Assembly: GCF_006345805.1 (NCBI RefSeq)
Contig: NC_043000.1
Coordinates: forward strand, 46,996,001 to 47,060,000
Direction: 5' to 3'
Source of the DNA: Octopus sinensis
Lineage: Eukaryota
Length of the DNA: 64,000 bases
The translations under genes and the position numbers were made by a program. Shown here piece after piece: positions 14,610 through 24,976 of this stretch (position 1 is its first letter; each line of letters opens with the position of its first letter). The notes under the pieces are model-generated. The model was not told the DNA's origin. It saw only the letters and a program-made list of their open reading frames with translations, and did not search any database.

Positions 14610-14865
14610 TGTGAAGGCATGTTGCTTAGTAGTTAGGGTGTTGGCCTCATGATCGTAAGATTGTGGTTTTGATTTCTAGACCTGGTGATGCATTATGCTT
14701 TTGAGCAAAAACACTTCATTTCATGTGACTCCAGTCCACTCAGCTGGCAAAAATGAGTAATCCTGCAATTGACGGATGGATGACCCATCCAAGTGCAGAA
14801 TATATACACCACGAAACCAGCAAACCAACTCCTGTGAGTCAGCATGACTTGAGAAGGTAACATTT
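14610..14865 (+). mobile_element. degenerate tRNA-derived SINE (family B-like)
   Basis: GCTTAGTAGTTAGGGTG...GGTTTTGATTTC...TTGAGCAAAACACTT...CCAGTCCACTCAGCTG. Confidence 0.55.
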
Positions 14866-15579
14866 AATACTACAACCCCCACACAGTTGAGACATTTTTG
14901 TCATGCAAGCATTTGGTGACCACAACAGTGCTAGTGCCCTGATAAAAGCACCCATTACACTTTGTGAAGTGGTTGGTGTTAGGAAGGGAATCTAGCTGTA
15001 GGAACCATGACAAATTAGACACTGGAGCTAAGTGCAGTAATCCGGTTCATCAGTTTATGTTCAACCATCCAACACCTGTCATAATAAAAAAAGAAGTATG
15101 ATGATGATGATGTTGATTATGATGATATGTATATATGTATGTGTGTGTACATATATATGTATGTAACAATGTGTGTATGTATGTATGTATGTATGTATGT
15201 ATGTATGTATGCTTGTCTATTGTACCATAATGTAACAGCTTTCTCATGACTGAATGTAATTCAACAAATAAAAAGAATTTTAAAACAAACTGCTAAGCAA
15301 AAATCGTTCATTTAAATATTTTAACGAAATATTTGGCTTTCAGTTTTTAAATACATTATTTTCTTAATAGGACTAAAATATACATTTAAAAGTAAATAAA
15401 CCAAATATAGAAAAAAAATGATATAAGTAAATTATTTCTGATTTGTGAAAAATAATATTGTCAAGAGACAAGCGATGATATCAAAAATCAAATGATATGA
15501 AATGACTTGTATATATATATATATACATATATATATATACATACATATACATGCACACATACATACACGTGTATATATA

Positions 15580-15611
<32 letters not shown>

Positions 15612-15644
15612 GTATGTACATATATATATATGTATGTATATATA

Positions 15645-15699
<55 letters not shown>

Positions 15700-15779
15700 A
15701 TGGGTGGGGAAACAAAACTTGGAAGATAATAGATAATTCACCAAATTGTTTATATTACACAACTAGCAACCTAACATAA

Positions 15780-16960
15780 AATAATTTTAACACAAGTTTA
15801 TAGGAATATAAAGAGACAATTTATTCACTATGTCTGCCTTCATTGTCCATCACAGCCATCATACACTGCCTGAAGGTGTCACAGTACTTCATGATGAAGT
15901 ACTTAGACATGATGTCTCACTCTCCCCTCAAGATTTTCTTAAAATTATCAAGACTTGGATGTAAAGTTCTTTTTTGGTAGTGTGCTCCAATTTTCCCCAA
16001 AGGAGTTTAAGTCGGAGCCAGAAGAAAGCTAGAAGTTGGCAGGGCAAAAGTTGGCAAAATTGTCTTCACAGAATTTCTGCACTTTCTTCACCGCATGAGC
16101 AGGAGAATAAACTTGGGTCCACACATAATTACCGTTGGGGTAGTTAGACTTCAGCAAAGACAAAATCTTATACTGTAGGACTTTATAATAAAGGTCAGCC
16201 CCTATCTTTTCCCCAGACTTGAAAAAATGGAGCATCTTTTTTTCTCTCAGATGCCACAACTACCAGTGTCATGACTTGAGCTAGAGGTTTTGATCCTAAA
16301 GATGCCCTTTACTTCAGAAGGTGTCTTAGCAATGTAGCGATCATTGTGACATTGTAAAAAAACATTAACAGGAAAGATATTTTCATCTGAAAATATTTTG
16401 ATGGTTTGTCCATTGTGCTTCAGGTTTCGCAACACTGTTTTGGCCCTTTCATGTCTTTTGGCTTTCATTGCATGAGTCAATAGGTATCTTGGGGTCCTCA
16501 CATATCACCCCAAATATAAATCAATGTGAACAGCATTTCTGATGGTCTTTGGATCAACTTTCATGTCCACGGACAGTTTTTTCATAGATGTTGTTAGGTC
16601 TTTCGAAATTTTGGATCTGAGAGATTTAAGAAATGCATTATCCCGTTTTTTTATTTACGTATCCACTTTCTTGCTTTCTCTTGATGCCTCCTGTATCCAC
16701 CATTCAGTTCTTAATGTTGTAGACAGTGCTCACAGAGGCCTCAAAAGTCTGAACACTATGTCTAATTTCAATCCTGGTACGAAGCAAATCTGCATTGCGT
16801 TATCTCTTAGCTTCTTAAGGGGACATGTTAGATTATATGACTGTAACTTCTGCTTACATTAACTCAATATACCCCCACCCTGATACAGAAAACAATATTT
16901 TAGTATTTACGGTCAAGAAGATAGAAAATTAAGGCTTCCAAAATATTCCAAATTTCACTG
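15780..16960 (-). mobile_element. Tc1/mariner-superfamily transposase fossil
   Basis: ORFs 16247-16501 (IKIFSDENIF, first catalytic D) and 16029-16259 (YVWTQ..SPAH), followed by a decayed WP..SPDLNP-like motif; frameshifted. Confidence 0.7.
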
Positions 16961-17048
16961 GATCTTCGTCAAGAAATCCACAGTGATTGTTGAGTTTATA
17001 ATTGATGAAGGAAATGGAGGATGAATTTAGTATGAATCTTTATCTAGA

Positions 17049-17151
17049 CACAACGATCGTTTCGACCCATCCGGCAGCTGTGCTTTAGGGGTAGGATATT
17101 ATGCATCTAGCTGTGTTGCACCAATCAATACAGGCTGTGTCACTTCAAGTG
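17049..17151 (-). ncRNA. possible decayed hammerhead ribozyme
   Basis: Minus strand: CAC-TTGAAGT-GAC...GTC-GAAA-CGATCG-TT-GTG; palindromic stem III and pairing stems I/II, but two core mismatches to CTGANGA. Confidence 0.3.
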
Positions 17152-17160
17152 ATTAGGGTA

Positions 17161-17243
<83 letters not shown>

Positions 17244-17288
17244 TATATATATACATATATACATACATATACATGTGTGTCTGTGTGT

Positions 17289-17651
17289 GGAGGCGCAAAG
17301 GCCCTGTGGTTAGGCAGCTGACTCGCTTCGTAGGATAACGGTTTCGTTGTGAGTGTTTATTGAGTGAAAACACCTAAAGCTTCTTGAGGCTCCGGCAGAG
17401 GGTGGTGGCAAACCCTGTTGTACTCTTTCACCATAACTTGCTCCCGCTGTTTCTTTCTGTTTCTGTTGTACCTGTGTTTCAAAGGGCCAGCCATGTCATG
17501 CTCTGTGTCGCGCTGAATTTCCCCGTGAACTACGTTAAGGGTACACGTATCTGTGGATTGCTCAGACACTTGCAAGTTAATTTCACGAGCAGACTGTTCC
17601 ATTGATCGGATCAACAGGAACCCTCGTCGTCGTAACCGACGGAGTGCTACG
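17289..17651 (+). mobile_element. tRNA-derived SINE family B, near full length
   Basis: GGAGGCGCAAAGGCCCTGTGGTTAGG head; body matches the minus-strand copies at 32647-33020 and 61030-61338. Confidence 0.8.
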
Positions 17652-17999
17652 ATATATATATACACATACACATTGCACCATGATTACTAACACCAAACCT
17701 ATGTACTTCTAATATCTTTTTACTTTTTATCCAAGCTACCGGTAAATATTTTCTGACAACTCAGATTTTCTGTTATGAATATCTGTTTATCTGTACGAAA
17801 CAAATTGTATAGCAACATAAGTAATAAAAAACTATAACCCATTTTAACATCTAATCTCCTCCATTTACATAAATATGAATAAATTTGTTGAACTGTATTT
17901 AATAAGATAAATCATATACTTAATATATAAATATATGTGTGTGTGTGTATGTATATATATATATAAAACACATACGTATATATACATATATATGTATAT

Positions 18000-18262
18000 T
18001 GTTACATCCTTATACAAGAACGAATTCATTGCAACAGTGTAGTAACAATATATTCAAAACAAATGGCAGTCAACACACGGAACGTAACAACAAGCCAACA
18101 TACTAACTTGAGCTGTAAACTTTGAATTCCACCTTTGAACTATCAACACACGAACTGAGGAACTAGCATGAACTATCCGCTAACTAAGACAACCACTATT
18201 TACAAGTAATGATCCAATCCATTCTCGCCAGGTTTCGTCGTATTCTCACACTTCTCCCCTTT
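18000..18262 (-). mobile_element. LTR (~18000-18250) plus adjacent polypurine tract of an older Gypsy family; homologous to LTR 31127-31390
   Basis: Starts TGTTA, ends ..CACA; shares blocks TGCAACAGTGTA, CACACGGAAC, GAACTATCAACACACGAACTG, CAATCCATT with the 31127 LTR; CTTCTCCCCTTT (PPT on minus) follows. Confidence 0.65.
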
Positions 18263-18306
18263 AGAGAATTCGTGTTCCGAAGAAAGAAAGAATTTATATA
18301 TATATA

Positions 18307-18732
18307 ACCCTTCTAGTATCATTCGACGTAGTTAATCTTTATTCTAACATCCCTCACAACCTAGGAATAGAAGCAATCACCTTCTGGCTGAATAACTACT
18401 CCTTTGAACTCCCGACTCGCATAAACAAAGACCTTATAATAGAAGGACTTAGATTTATTTTAGAAAACAATTACTTTATTTTTGACAATAATTTCTACAG
18501 ACAAAGATCGGAAACAGCGATGGGCACGCGTACTGCACCATCTTTTGCCAACCTAGTGATGGGATACCTCGAGATAATACTCTACCAGATAACACTCGAG
18601 AAATTTGGAAACACCTTCTCCACCTATACCCAGAACAACTGGAAAAGATACCTCGATGACTGTTTCATCATCTGGGACAAAAGTATAGAGAAACTTGAGG
18701 AATTTAAAATACTATTAAATGGAATAAATTAT
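18307..18732 (+). pseudogene. Penelope-like reverse transcriptase, 5' part (open frame up to the LTR insertion)
   Basis: Continuous frame TLLVSFDVVNLYSNIP...WKRYLDDCFIIW...LLNGIN; includes listed ORF 18520-18777. Confidence 0.88.
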
Positions 18733-18948
18733 TGTTATGCGTGTGGTTTGTTGTATTGGGAAAGACAACCAGTTTAAAACCATTGTTATTATTTAACGTG
18801 TTTATTGACGTTGCTTGATTACATGGACGACATTAGTGTAGTGATACATTGTTTACTTTTCACACAGTTCGTACTATTCACTACAAAATAGTGCCAAGAG
18901 TAGGGAGTAGTTTGGCATTCGCAAACACACAGATATGAATATGTAACA
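18733..18948 (-). repeat. LTR 1 (3' LTR, 216 bp)
   Basis: TGTTA...TAACA termini; PPT AAGAAGAAGGGA (minus strand) at 18949-18960. Confidence 0.95.
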
Positions 18949-19047
18949 TCCCTTCTTCTTGAAAAAAAAAGGGGTCTCTTAGCAGTGAAGACAACTATGA
19001 GTAGTCTCCCTTGCTCTATGGATTTTCATCATGTCTTTTCTTTTTCT

Positions 19048-20610
19048 TTAGCGGTATCGAACCGGTGGCAGAATGTTCTTTCTCCATCTGGTGGATCTTC
19101 TGCTTCGCACCGGTGTCTGAGGTGTGTTGTACACGTTTTCCTCGGCAGCTCTGGTGTTGGGAGCATGTGGGCCCTGTTGTTTCAGCTGCCTACCAGATTC
19201 TGTTTCTATCATATTTGATCTTGGAGTTTCAGCTCTACTGACAACCTTTGCTGGGATCCATGTTTTAGTTATGGGATCTTGAGTATGCACATGTTGTTCT
19301 CCAAGCATCTCAGGTAAATGTTGTGCATGTTTGTTGCAATGCCTCTGTGCTTGTTCTTGAGTGGCTGCTAGTTTGGCCCTTGTTTCTTTCTGGTCAATAG
19401 GAGGTTGAATCTTAGTTGGCAGGGTAGTTTTATACTTCCTGCCATTCAGCAATTCTGCTGGGGATTTCATATTAGCTCTCAGTGGAGTCGCTCGTAGGGA
19501 CATAAGTGCCAGGTGTGGGTCTTCCCTAGTCTTCCGGCATTTGACTAGTGTTCTCTTCACTGTCTGCACCTGTCTTTCTATAAACCCATGACCTTTGGGG
19601 CAGTGTGGAGATGAAGTTGCAATATTGAACCCATATTCATCAGCTAGCTTTTTGAATTCTTGTGACGTGAACTGGGTTCCATTGTCACATATGATCTGCT
19701 CTGGTATTCCTTGCTCTGCTAGGAGTCCTCGGGCCACTGTAGTGATTGTTTTGCTTGTCAGGTCTTTCACTTTTCTCACAAATGGAAATTTGGAGTAGTA
19801 GCAGGCCATTATTAGATACCATTCTTGGCCTTCTGTGAATAGATCTACTCCAATAGTTTGCCATGGCCTTCTTGGGATGTCACCAGATATCATTTCCTCC
19901 TTTTGTTGTGAGGTTTTGTACTTTTCTATGTCTTTGTACATGCTCTTATTGGTTGTCACATTTACAATGTGGTGGACTTTTCTGCTTAGTCCTTCGATCT
20001 CCTTTTTGTTTGTGATTGGTGGTCGGTTTTTGATAGGCATATCACTTACAATCCTGCTTGGAGCTGCTTTCACTTCAGTATTGACCGACACAATATTTAA
20101 CCTCCTGCAGGTATCGAGTCCAAGAATTGCTGGGCCTCCTGTTCTTGTGACATAAAATGTACACTCGATTGGTTTCCCTTTGTGTGTCCCCTTTATTGTT
20201 GTTTTCCCCAGTTGTGGGATTCTGGTACCTCCGTATGCAGTGAGGATTACATCACTTGGTGTGAGGATTCCTTTTCTGACCCTATCCTCTTCTGTCATAT
20301 TTTCTGGGAACATCTTTTTGTATAAGCCGATAGGCAAGATATCACTCTGGGCCCCAGTGTCTATCTTCAGCCTTAAGTCTATGTTTGTTCTTTTCCTTCC
20401 GGCCTTCTTTTGAATTTTCATTGTCGTGTATGCCTCATCTTCTTTCCTTCGGTCGTCCTTTCCATTCTCATGCACATTTATTATGCCGATTGCTAAGAAT
20501 TCCTCCTCTGAGGTGCTTTGTTCCTGTTGTTGTGCATGTATATACCTTCTATTTCTGCTCCTCTTTGAAACTTGGGGCTTGTATTTCTGGGATTTTGTTA
20601 TCCTACACAT
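19048..20610 (-). CDS. pol: retroviral-like aspartic protease fused in frame to integrase core (RT/RNase H absent), copy 1
   Basis: LKIDTGAQ and ILG protease motifs; PWQTIGVDLF, IICDNGTQF, HGFIERQVQTVK = D,D(35)E; no YxDD or RNase H motifs. Confidence 0.9.
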   Translation of the reverse strand: MCRITKSQKYKPQVSKRSRNRRYIHAQQQEQSTSEEEFLAIGIINVHENGKDDRRKEDEAYTTMKIQKKAGRKRTNIDLRLKIDTGAQSDILPIGLYKKMFPENMTEEDRVRKGILTPSDVILTAYGGTRIPQLGKTTIKGTHKGKPIECTFYVTRTGGPAILGLDTCRRLNIVSVNTEVKAAPSRIVSDMPIKNRPPITNKKEIEGLSRKVHHIVNVTTNKSMYKDIEKYKTSQQKEEMISGDIPRRPWQTIGVDLFTEGQEWYLIMACYYSKFPFVRKVKDLTSKTITTVARGLLAEQGIPEQIICDNGTQFTSQEFKKLADEYGFNIATSSPHCPKGHGFIERQVQTVKRTLVKCRKTREDPHLALMSLRATPLRANMKSPAELLNGRKYKTTLPTKIQPPIDQKETRAKLAATQEQAQRHCNKHAQHLPEMLGEQHVHTQDPITKTWIPAKVVSRAETPRSNMIETESGRQLKQQGPHAPNTRAAEENVYNTPQTPVRSRRSTRWRKNILPPVRYR

Positions 20611-20624
20611 TTTTTTCCAGTGGT

Positions 20625-21425
20625 TCAGTTTTCCACATCCTTTGCAGTGTGTACCGAATGCAGGACATTTTTCCGGTCATTAAATTCATGCTCTGTACCA
20701 CAGTACCGGCATGTTCTTTGGTTTTGGGTTTGTGTCCTGTCCTTATATACAGTATCTACACTGCTATCTAGTGGGCTTGCTTGTAAGCTTAGTGAGGCCA
20801 TTTGTTTGGTAGTGGCTTCAAATGCTCTTGCAGTGTCTACTGCTTCTACCAACTGGAGAGCGTCCTTACCTATGAGGGATTTTTGCACTTCTTTGTGGGC
20901 ACAACCCCATATTAATTGGTCTACAATTCCCTCCTCCCTGTCTTTGAATTTGCATTTCTCTGCAACATTTTTCAGTCTTGACAGGAAATTGTCTATTGTT
21001 TCTTGTGGGGCTTGTTTCAGGCCCTGGAATTCGTATCTCTGAATTCTGTGGTTTGACCTGGGCTCTAAGTGCCTCTCAAATTTATCAAGAAGTGTATCTG
21101 GGTCATTGCAGTCTGATTCTGACATATCCCAGCTATTGTATAGGTCTATTCCTTTATTACCTGACCATAAAAGGATATAACTTACCTTTTCATCGTCAGT
21201 TGTGCCTTTCAGGAAACTTTTGAAAGCTAGTTGAGCTTTTTGTTTGAATTTTTTAAATTCTTCTACGACATCACTAGAATCCCAGTTCATAATCGGATGC
21301 AGATTCATCTGTACGGCGACGGGGGTCGCCATCTTGGATTCTTTGTTTATGTTTTCCGAAGACGAAGCGATGTTTTGTTTGTTGATTTCCACGTTCGTTG
21401 TGTTCCTGTTTTGTTTTAAAAGCAC
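20625..21425 (-). CDS. gag: Gag-like protein, copy 1 (likely start MATPVAV or upstream)
   Basis: KVSYILLWSG, FQGLKQAPQETIDNFLSRLKNVAEKCKF, DQLIWG, CRYCGTEH zinc knuckle; frameshift before the second knuckle. Confidence 0.88.
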   Translation of the reverse strand: MLLKQNRNTTNVEINKQNIASSSENINKESKMATPVAVQMNLHPIMNWDSSDVVEEFKKFKQKAQLAFKSFLKGTTDDEKVSYILLWSGNKGIDLYNSWDMSESDCNDPDTLLDKFERHLEPRSNHRIQRYEFQGLKQAPQETIDNFLSRLKNVAEKCKFKDREEGIVDQLIWGCAHKEVQKSLIGKDALQLVEAVDTARAFEATTKQMASLSLQASPLDSSVDTVYKDRTQTQNQRTCRYCGTEHEFNDRKNVLHSVHTAKDVEN

Positions 21426-21444
21426 AATTCCGGATTATTTGTTT

Positions 21445-21457
21445 ACCGCTGCCACCA
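21445..21457 (-). promoter_or_regulatory. primer binding site, tRNA-Leu (AAG/TAG type)
   Basis: TGGTGGCAGCGGT directly abutting LTR 2; complementary to the tRNA-Leu 3' end ACCGCTGCCA-CCA. Confidence 0.85.
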
Positions 21458-21672
21458 TGTTATGCGTGTGGTTTGTTGTATTGGGAAAACAACCAGTTTA
21501 AAACCATTGTTATTATTTAACGTGTTTATTGACGTTGCTTGATTACATGGACGACATTAGTGTAGTGATACATTGTTTACTTTTCACACAGTTCGTACTA
21601 TTCACTACAAAATAGTGCCAAGAGTAGGGAGTAGTTTGGCATTCGCAAACACACAGATATGAATATGTAACA
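21458..21672 (-). repeat. LTR 2 (shared middle LTR, 215 bp)
   Basis: Identical to LTR 1 except a 1-nt deletion (GGGAAAAC vs GGGAAAGAC); PBS on one side, PPT (21673-21684) on the other. Confidence 0.95.
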
Positions 21673-21770
21673 TCCCTTCTTCTTGAAAAAAAAAGGGGTC
21701 TCTTAGCAGTGAAGACAACTATGAGTAGTCTCCTTGCTCTATGGATTTTCATCATGTCTTTTCTTTTTCT

Positions 21771-23333
21771 TTAGCGGTATCGAACCGGTGGCAGAATGTT
21801 CTTTCTCCATCTGGTGGATCTTCTGCTTCGCACCGGTGTCTGAGGTGTGTTGTACACGTTTTCCTCGGCAGCTCTGGTGTTGGGAGCATGTGGGCCCTGT
21901 TGTTTCAGCTGCCTACCAGATTCTGTTTCTATCATATTTGATCTTGGAGTTTCAGCTCTACTGACAACCTTTGCTGGGATCCATGTTTTAGTTATGGGAT
22001 CTTGAGTATGCACATGTTGTTCTCCAAGCATCTCAGGTAAATGTTGTGCATGTTTGTTGCAATGCCTCTGTGCTTGTTCTTGAGTGGCTGCTAGTTTGGC
22101 CCTTGTTTCTTTCTGGTCAATAGGAGGTTGAATCTTAGTTGGCAGGGTAGTTTTATACTTCCTGCCATTCAGCAATTCTGCTGGGGATTTCATATTAGCT
22201 CTCAGTGGAGTCGCTCGTAGGGACATAAGTGCCAGGTGTGGGTCTTCCCTAGTCTTCCGGCATTTGACTAGTGTTCTCTTCACTGTCTGCACCTGTCTTT
22301 CTATAAACCCATGACCTTTGGGGCAGTGTGGAGATGAAGTTGCAATATTGAACCCATATTCATCAGCTAGCTTTTTGAATTCTTGTGACGTGAACTGGGT
22401 TCCATTGTCACATATGATCTGCTCTGGTATTCCTTGCTCTGCTAGGAGTCCTCGGGCCACTGTAGTGATTGTTTTGCTTGTCAGGTCTTTCACTTTTCTC
22501 ACAAATGGAAATTTGGAGTAGTAGCAGGCCATTATTAGATACCATTCTTGGCCTTCTGTGAATAGATCTACTCCAATAGTTTGCCATGGCCTTCTTGGGA
22601 TGTCACCAGATATCATTTCCTCCTTTTGTTGTGAGGTTTTGTACTTTTCTATGTCTTTGTACATGCTCTTATTGGTTGTCACATTTACAATGTAGTGGAC
22701 CTTTCTGCTTAGTCCTTCGATCTCCTTTTTGTTTGTGATTGGTGGTCGGTTTTTGATAGGCATATCACTTACAATCCTGCTTGGAGCTGCTTTCACTTCA
22801 GTATTGACCGACACAATATTTAACATCCTGCAGGTATCGAGTCCAAGAATTGCTGGGCCTCCTGTTCTTGTGACATAAAATGTACACTCGATTGGTTTCC
22901 CTTTGTGTGTCCCCTTTATTGTTGTTTTCCCCAGTTGTGGGATTCTGGTACCTCCGTATGCAGTGAGGATTACATCACTTGGTGTGAGGATTCCTTTCCT
23001 GACCCTATCCTCTTCTGTCATATTTTCTGGGAACATCTTTTTGTATAAGCCGATAGGCAAGATATCACTCTGGGCCCCAGTGTCTATCTTCAGCCTTAAG
23101 TCTATGTTTGTTCTTTTCCTTCCGGCCTTCTTTTGAATTTTCATTGTCGTGTATGCCTCATCTTCTTTCCTTCGGTCGTCCTTTCCCTTCTCATGCACAT
23201 TTATTATGCCGATTGCTAAGAATTCCTCCTCTGAGGTGCTTTGTTCCTGTTGTTGTGCATGTATATCCCTTCTATTTCTGCTCCTCTTTGAAACTTGGGG
23301 CTTGTATTTCTGGGATTTTGTTATCCTACACAT
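21771..23333 (-). CDS. pol: protease-integrase fusion (RT/RNase H absent), copy 2
   Basis: 520 aa; differs from copy 1 at 4 residues (Y/D, N/K, R/M, H/Y). Confidence 0.9.
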   Translation of the reverse strand: MCRITKSQKYKPQVSKRSRNRRDIHAQQQEQSTSEEEFLAIGIINVHEKGKDDRRKEDEAYTTMKIQKKAGRKRTNIDLRLKIDTGAQSDILPIGLYKKMFPENMTEEDRVRKGILTPSDVILTAYGGTRIPQLGKTTIKGTHKGKPIECTFYVTRTGGPAILGLDTCRMLNIVSVNTEVKAAPSRIVSDMPIKNRPPITNKKEIEGLSRKVHYIVNVTTNKSMYKDIEKYKTSQQKEEMISGDIPRRPWQTIGVDLFTEGQEWYLIMACYYSKFPFVRKVKDLTSKTITTVARGLLAEQGIPEQIICDNGTQFTSQEFKKLADEYGFNIATSSPHCPKGHGFIERQVQTVKRTLVKCRKTREDPHLALMSLRATPLRANMKSPAELLNGRKYKTTLPTKIQPPIDQKETRAKLAATQEQAQRHCNKHAQHLPEMLGEQHVHTQDPITKTWIPAKVVSRAETPRSNMIETESGRQLKQQGPHAPNTRAAEENVYNTPQTPVRSRRSTRWRKNILPPVRYR

Positions 23334-23347
23334 TTTTTTCCAGTGGT

Positions 23348-24148
23348 TCAGTTTTCCACATCCTTTGCAGTGTGTACCGAATGCAGGACATTTTTCCGGT
23401 CATTAAATTCATGCTCTGTACCACAGTACCGGCATGTTCTTTGGTTTTGGGTTTGTGTCCTGTCCTTATATACAGTATCTACACTGCTATCTAGTGGGCT
23501 TGCTTGTAAGCTTAGTGAGGCCATTTGTTTGGTAGTGGCTTCAAATGCTCTTGCAGTGTCTACTGCTTCTACCAACTGGAGAGCGTCCTTACCTATGAGG
23601 GATTTTTGCACTTCTTTGTGGGCACAACCCCATATTAATTGGTCTACAATTCCCTCCTCCCTGTCTTTGAATTTGCATTTCTCTGCAACATTTTTCAGTC
23701 TTGACAGGAAATTGTCTATTGTTTCTTGTGGGGCTTGTTTCAGGCCCTGGAATTCGTATCTCTGAATTCTGTGGTTTGACCTGGGCTCTAAGTGCCTCTC
23801 AAATTTATCAAGAAGTGTATCTGGGTCATTGCAGTCTGATTCTGACATATCCCAGCTATTGTATAGGTCTATTCCTTTATTACCTGACCATAAAAGGATA
23901 TAACTTACCTTTTCATCGTCAGTTGTGCCTTTCAGGAAACTTTTGAAAGCTAGTTGAGCTTTTTGTTTGAATTTTTTAAATTCTTCTACGACATCACTAG
24001 AATCCCAGTTCATAATCGGATGCAGATTCATCTGTACGGCGACGGGGGTCGCCATCTTGGATTCTTTGTTTATGTTTTCCGAAGACGAAGCGATGTTTTG
24101 TTTGTTGATTTCCACGTTCGTTGTGTTCCTGTTTTGTTTTAAAAGCAC
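23348..24148 (-). CDS. gag: Gag-like protein, copy 2
   Basis: 266 aa, identical to copy 1. Confidence 0.88.
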   Translation of the reverse strand: MLLKQNRNTTNVEINKQNIASSSENINKESKMATPVAVQMNLHPIMNWDSSDVVEEFKKFKQKAQLAFKSFLKGTTDDEKVSYILLWSGNKGIDLYNSWDMSESDCNDPDTLLDKFERHLEPRSNHRIQRYEFQGLKQAPQETIDNFLSRLKNVAEKCKFKDREEGIVDQLIWGCAHKEVQKSLIGKDALQLVEAVDTARAFEATTKQMASLSLQASPLDSSVDTVYKDRTQTQNQRTCRYCGTEHEFNDRKNVLHSVHTAKDVEN

Positions 24149-24167
24149 AATTCCGGATTATTTGTTT

Positions 24168-24180
24168 ACCGCTGCCACCA
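24168..24180 (-). promoter_or_regulatory. primer binding site, tRNA-Leu
   Basis: TGGTGGCAGCGGT abutting LTR 3. Confidence 0.85.
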
Positions 24181-24396
24181 TGTTATGCGTGTGGTTTGTT
24201 GTATTGGGAAAGACAACCAGTTTAAAACCATTGTTATTATTTAACGTGTTTATTGACGTTACTTGATTACACGGACGACATTAGTGTAGTGATACATTGT
24301 TTACTTTTCACACAGTTCGTACTATTCACTACAAAATAGTGCCAAGAGTAGGGAGTAGTTTGGCATTCGCAAACACACAGATATGAATATGTAACA
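24181..24396 (-). repeat. LTR 3 (5' LTR, 216 bp)
   Basis: Two substitutions vs LTR 1/2 (GTTACTT vs GTTGCTT; TACACGG vs TACATGG). Confidence 0.95.
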
Positions 24397-24976
24397 ATGA
24401 TAATATACAATTCACGATGGATCATAACGAAGAAGAATTACCATTTTTAGACATCCTCATTAAGAAAACCGGCAACAAAATAGAGACAGATATCTACTAT
24501 AAACCGACAGACTCCAAACAATACCTACCCTTTGATTCATGCCACCCACGACACACTAGAATAAATGTCCCTTTTTGTTTAGCTAGAAGGATCTGCACCA
24601 TAAATCAGACACAAACACCCGACACACACGTCTCCAGGAACTTAGAACCACACTCAAATAGAAACTATCCACAGCCCCTAATAGACAGTGCAATCCAAAG
24701 GGCACTCAAATTAAGTATAGAAGACCTGAGACAAACAAAACAAAAAAGAAAGAACAATTAAAAACCCTTCCCTACATCTCTACACAAACCCACTCAACAA
24801 TGAGGCCTTCAGCACCATACTACAAAGCACAGCCCTACTAAAGGGAAACCCAAAGATGAACCGGATCCTCGAAACACACACCATCATTAAAAGTAAACGG
24901 CAACCAAAATCCTTGAAAAGGATTTTAACCCAAGCTAAACTGCACTCAACATCAACCACAAACCAGCAGTTAGAAA
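24397..24976 (+). pseudogene. Penelope-like RT thumb/linker, frameshifted
   Basis: LPFLDILI, DIYYKPTDSKQYLPFDSCHPRH, NVPFCLARRICTI, RNYP, LPYIS. Confidence 0.85.

Larger units (their letters stand above)
18733..24396 (-). mobile_element. tandem non-autonomous Ty3/Gypsy (Mag-like) LTR retrotransposon: three LTRs, two internal regions, shared middle LTR
   Basis: LTRs 18733-18948, 21458-21672, 24181-24396 (TGTTA...TAACA); PBS and PPT for each unit; 5-bp TSD ATTAT/ATGAT; period ~2723 bp. Confidence 0.95.

Noticed and set aside
19048-20610. Ginger/Polinton-type DNA transposon or domesticated integrase gene (integrase without RT)
   Set aside because: Flanked by direct LTRs with PBS and PPT and preceded by gag and protease; no long TIRs, polB or introns
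20660-20680. Canonical programmed -1 ribosomal frameshift
   Set aside because: The in-frame heptamer is G AAA AAT, not X XXY YYZ, and the shift would truncate a zinc knuckle in the major Gag product
19595-24266. Plus-strand ORFs overlapping the LTR element as antisense genes
   Set aside because: Shadow frames of gag/pol with no motifs; they are duplicated only because the element is duplicated
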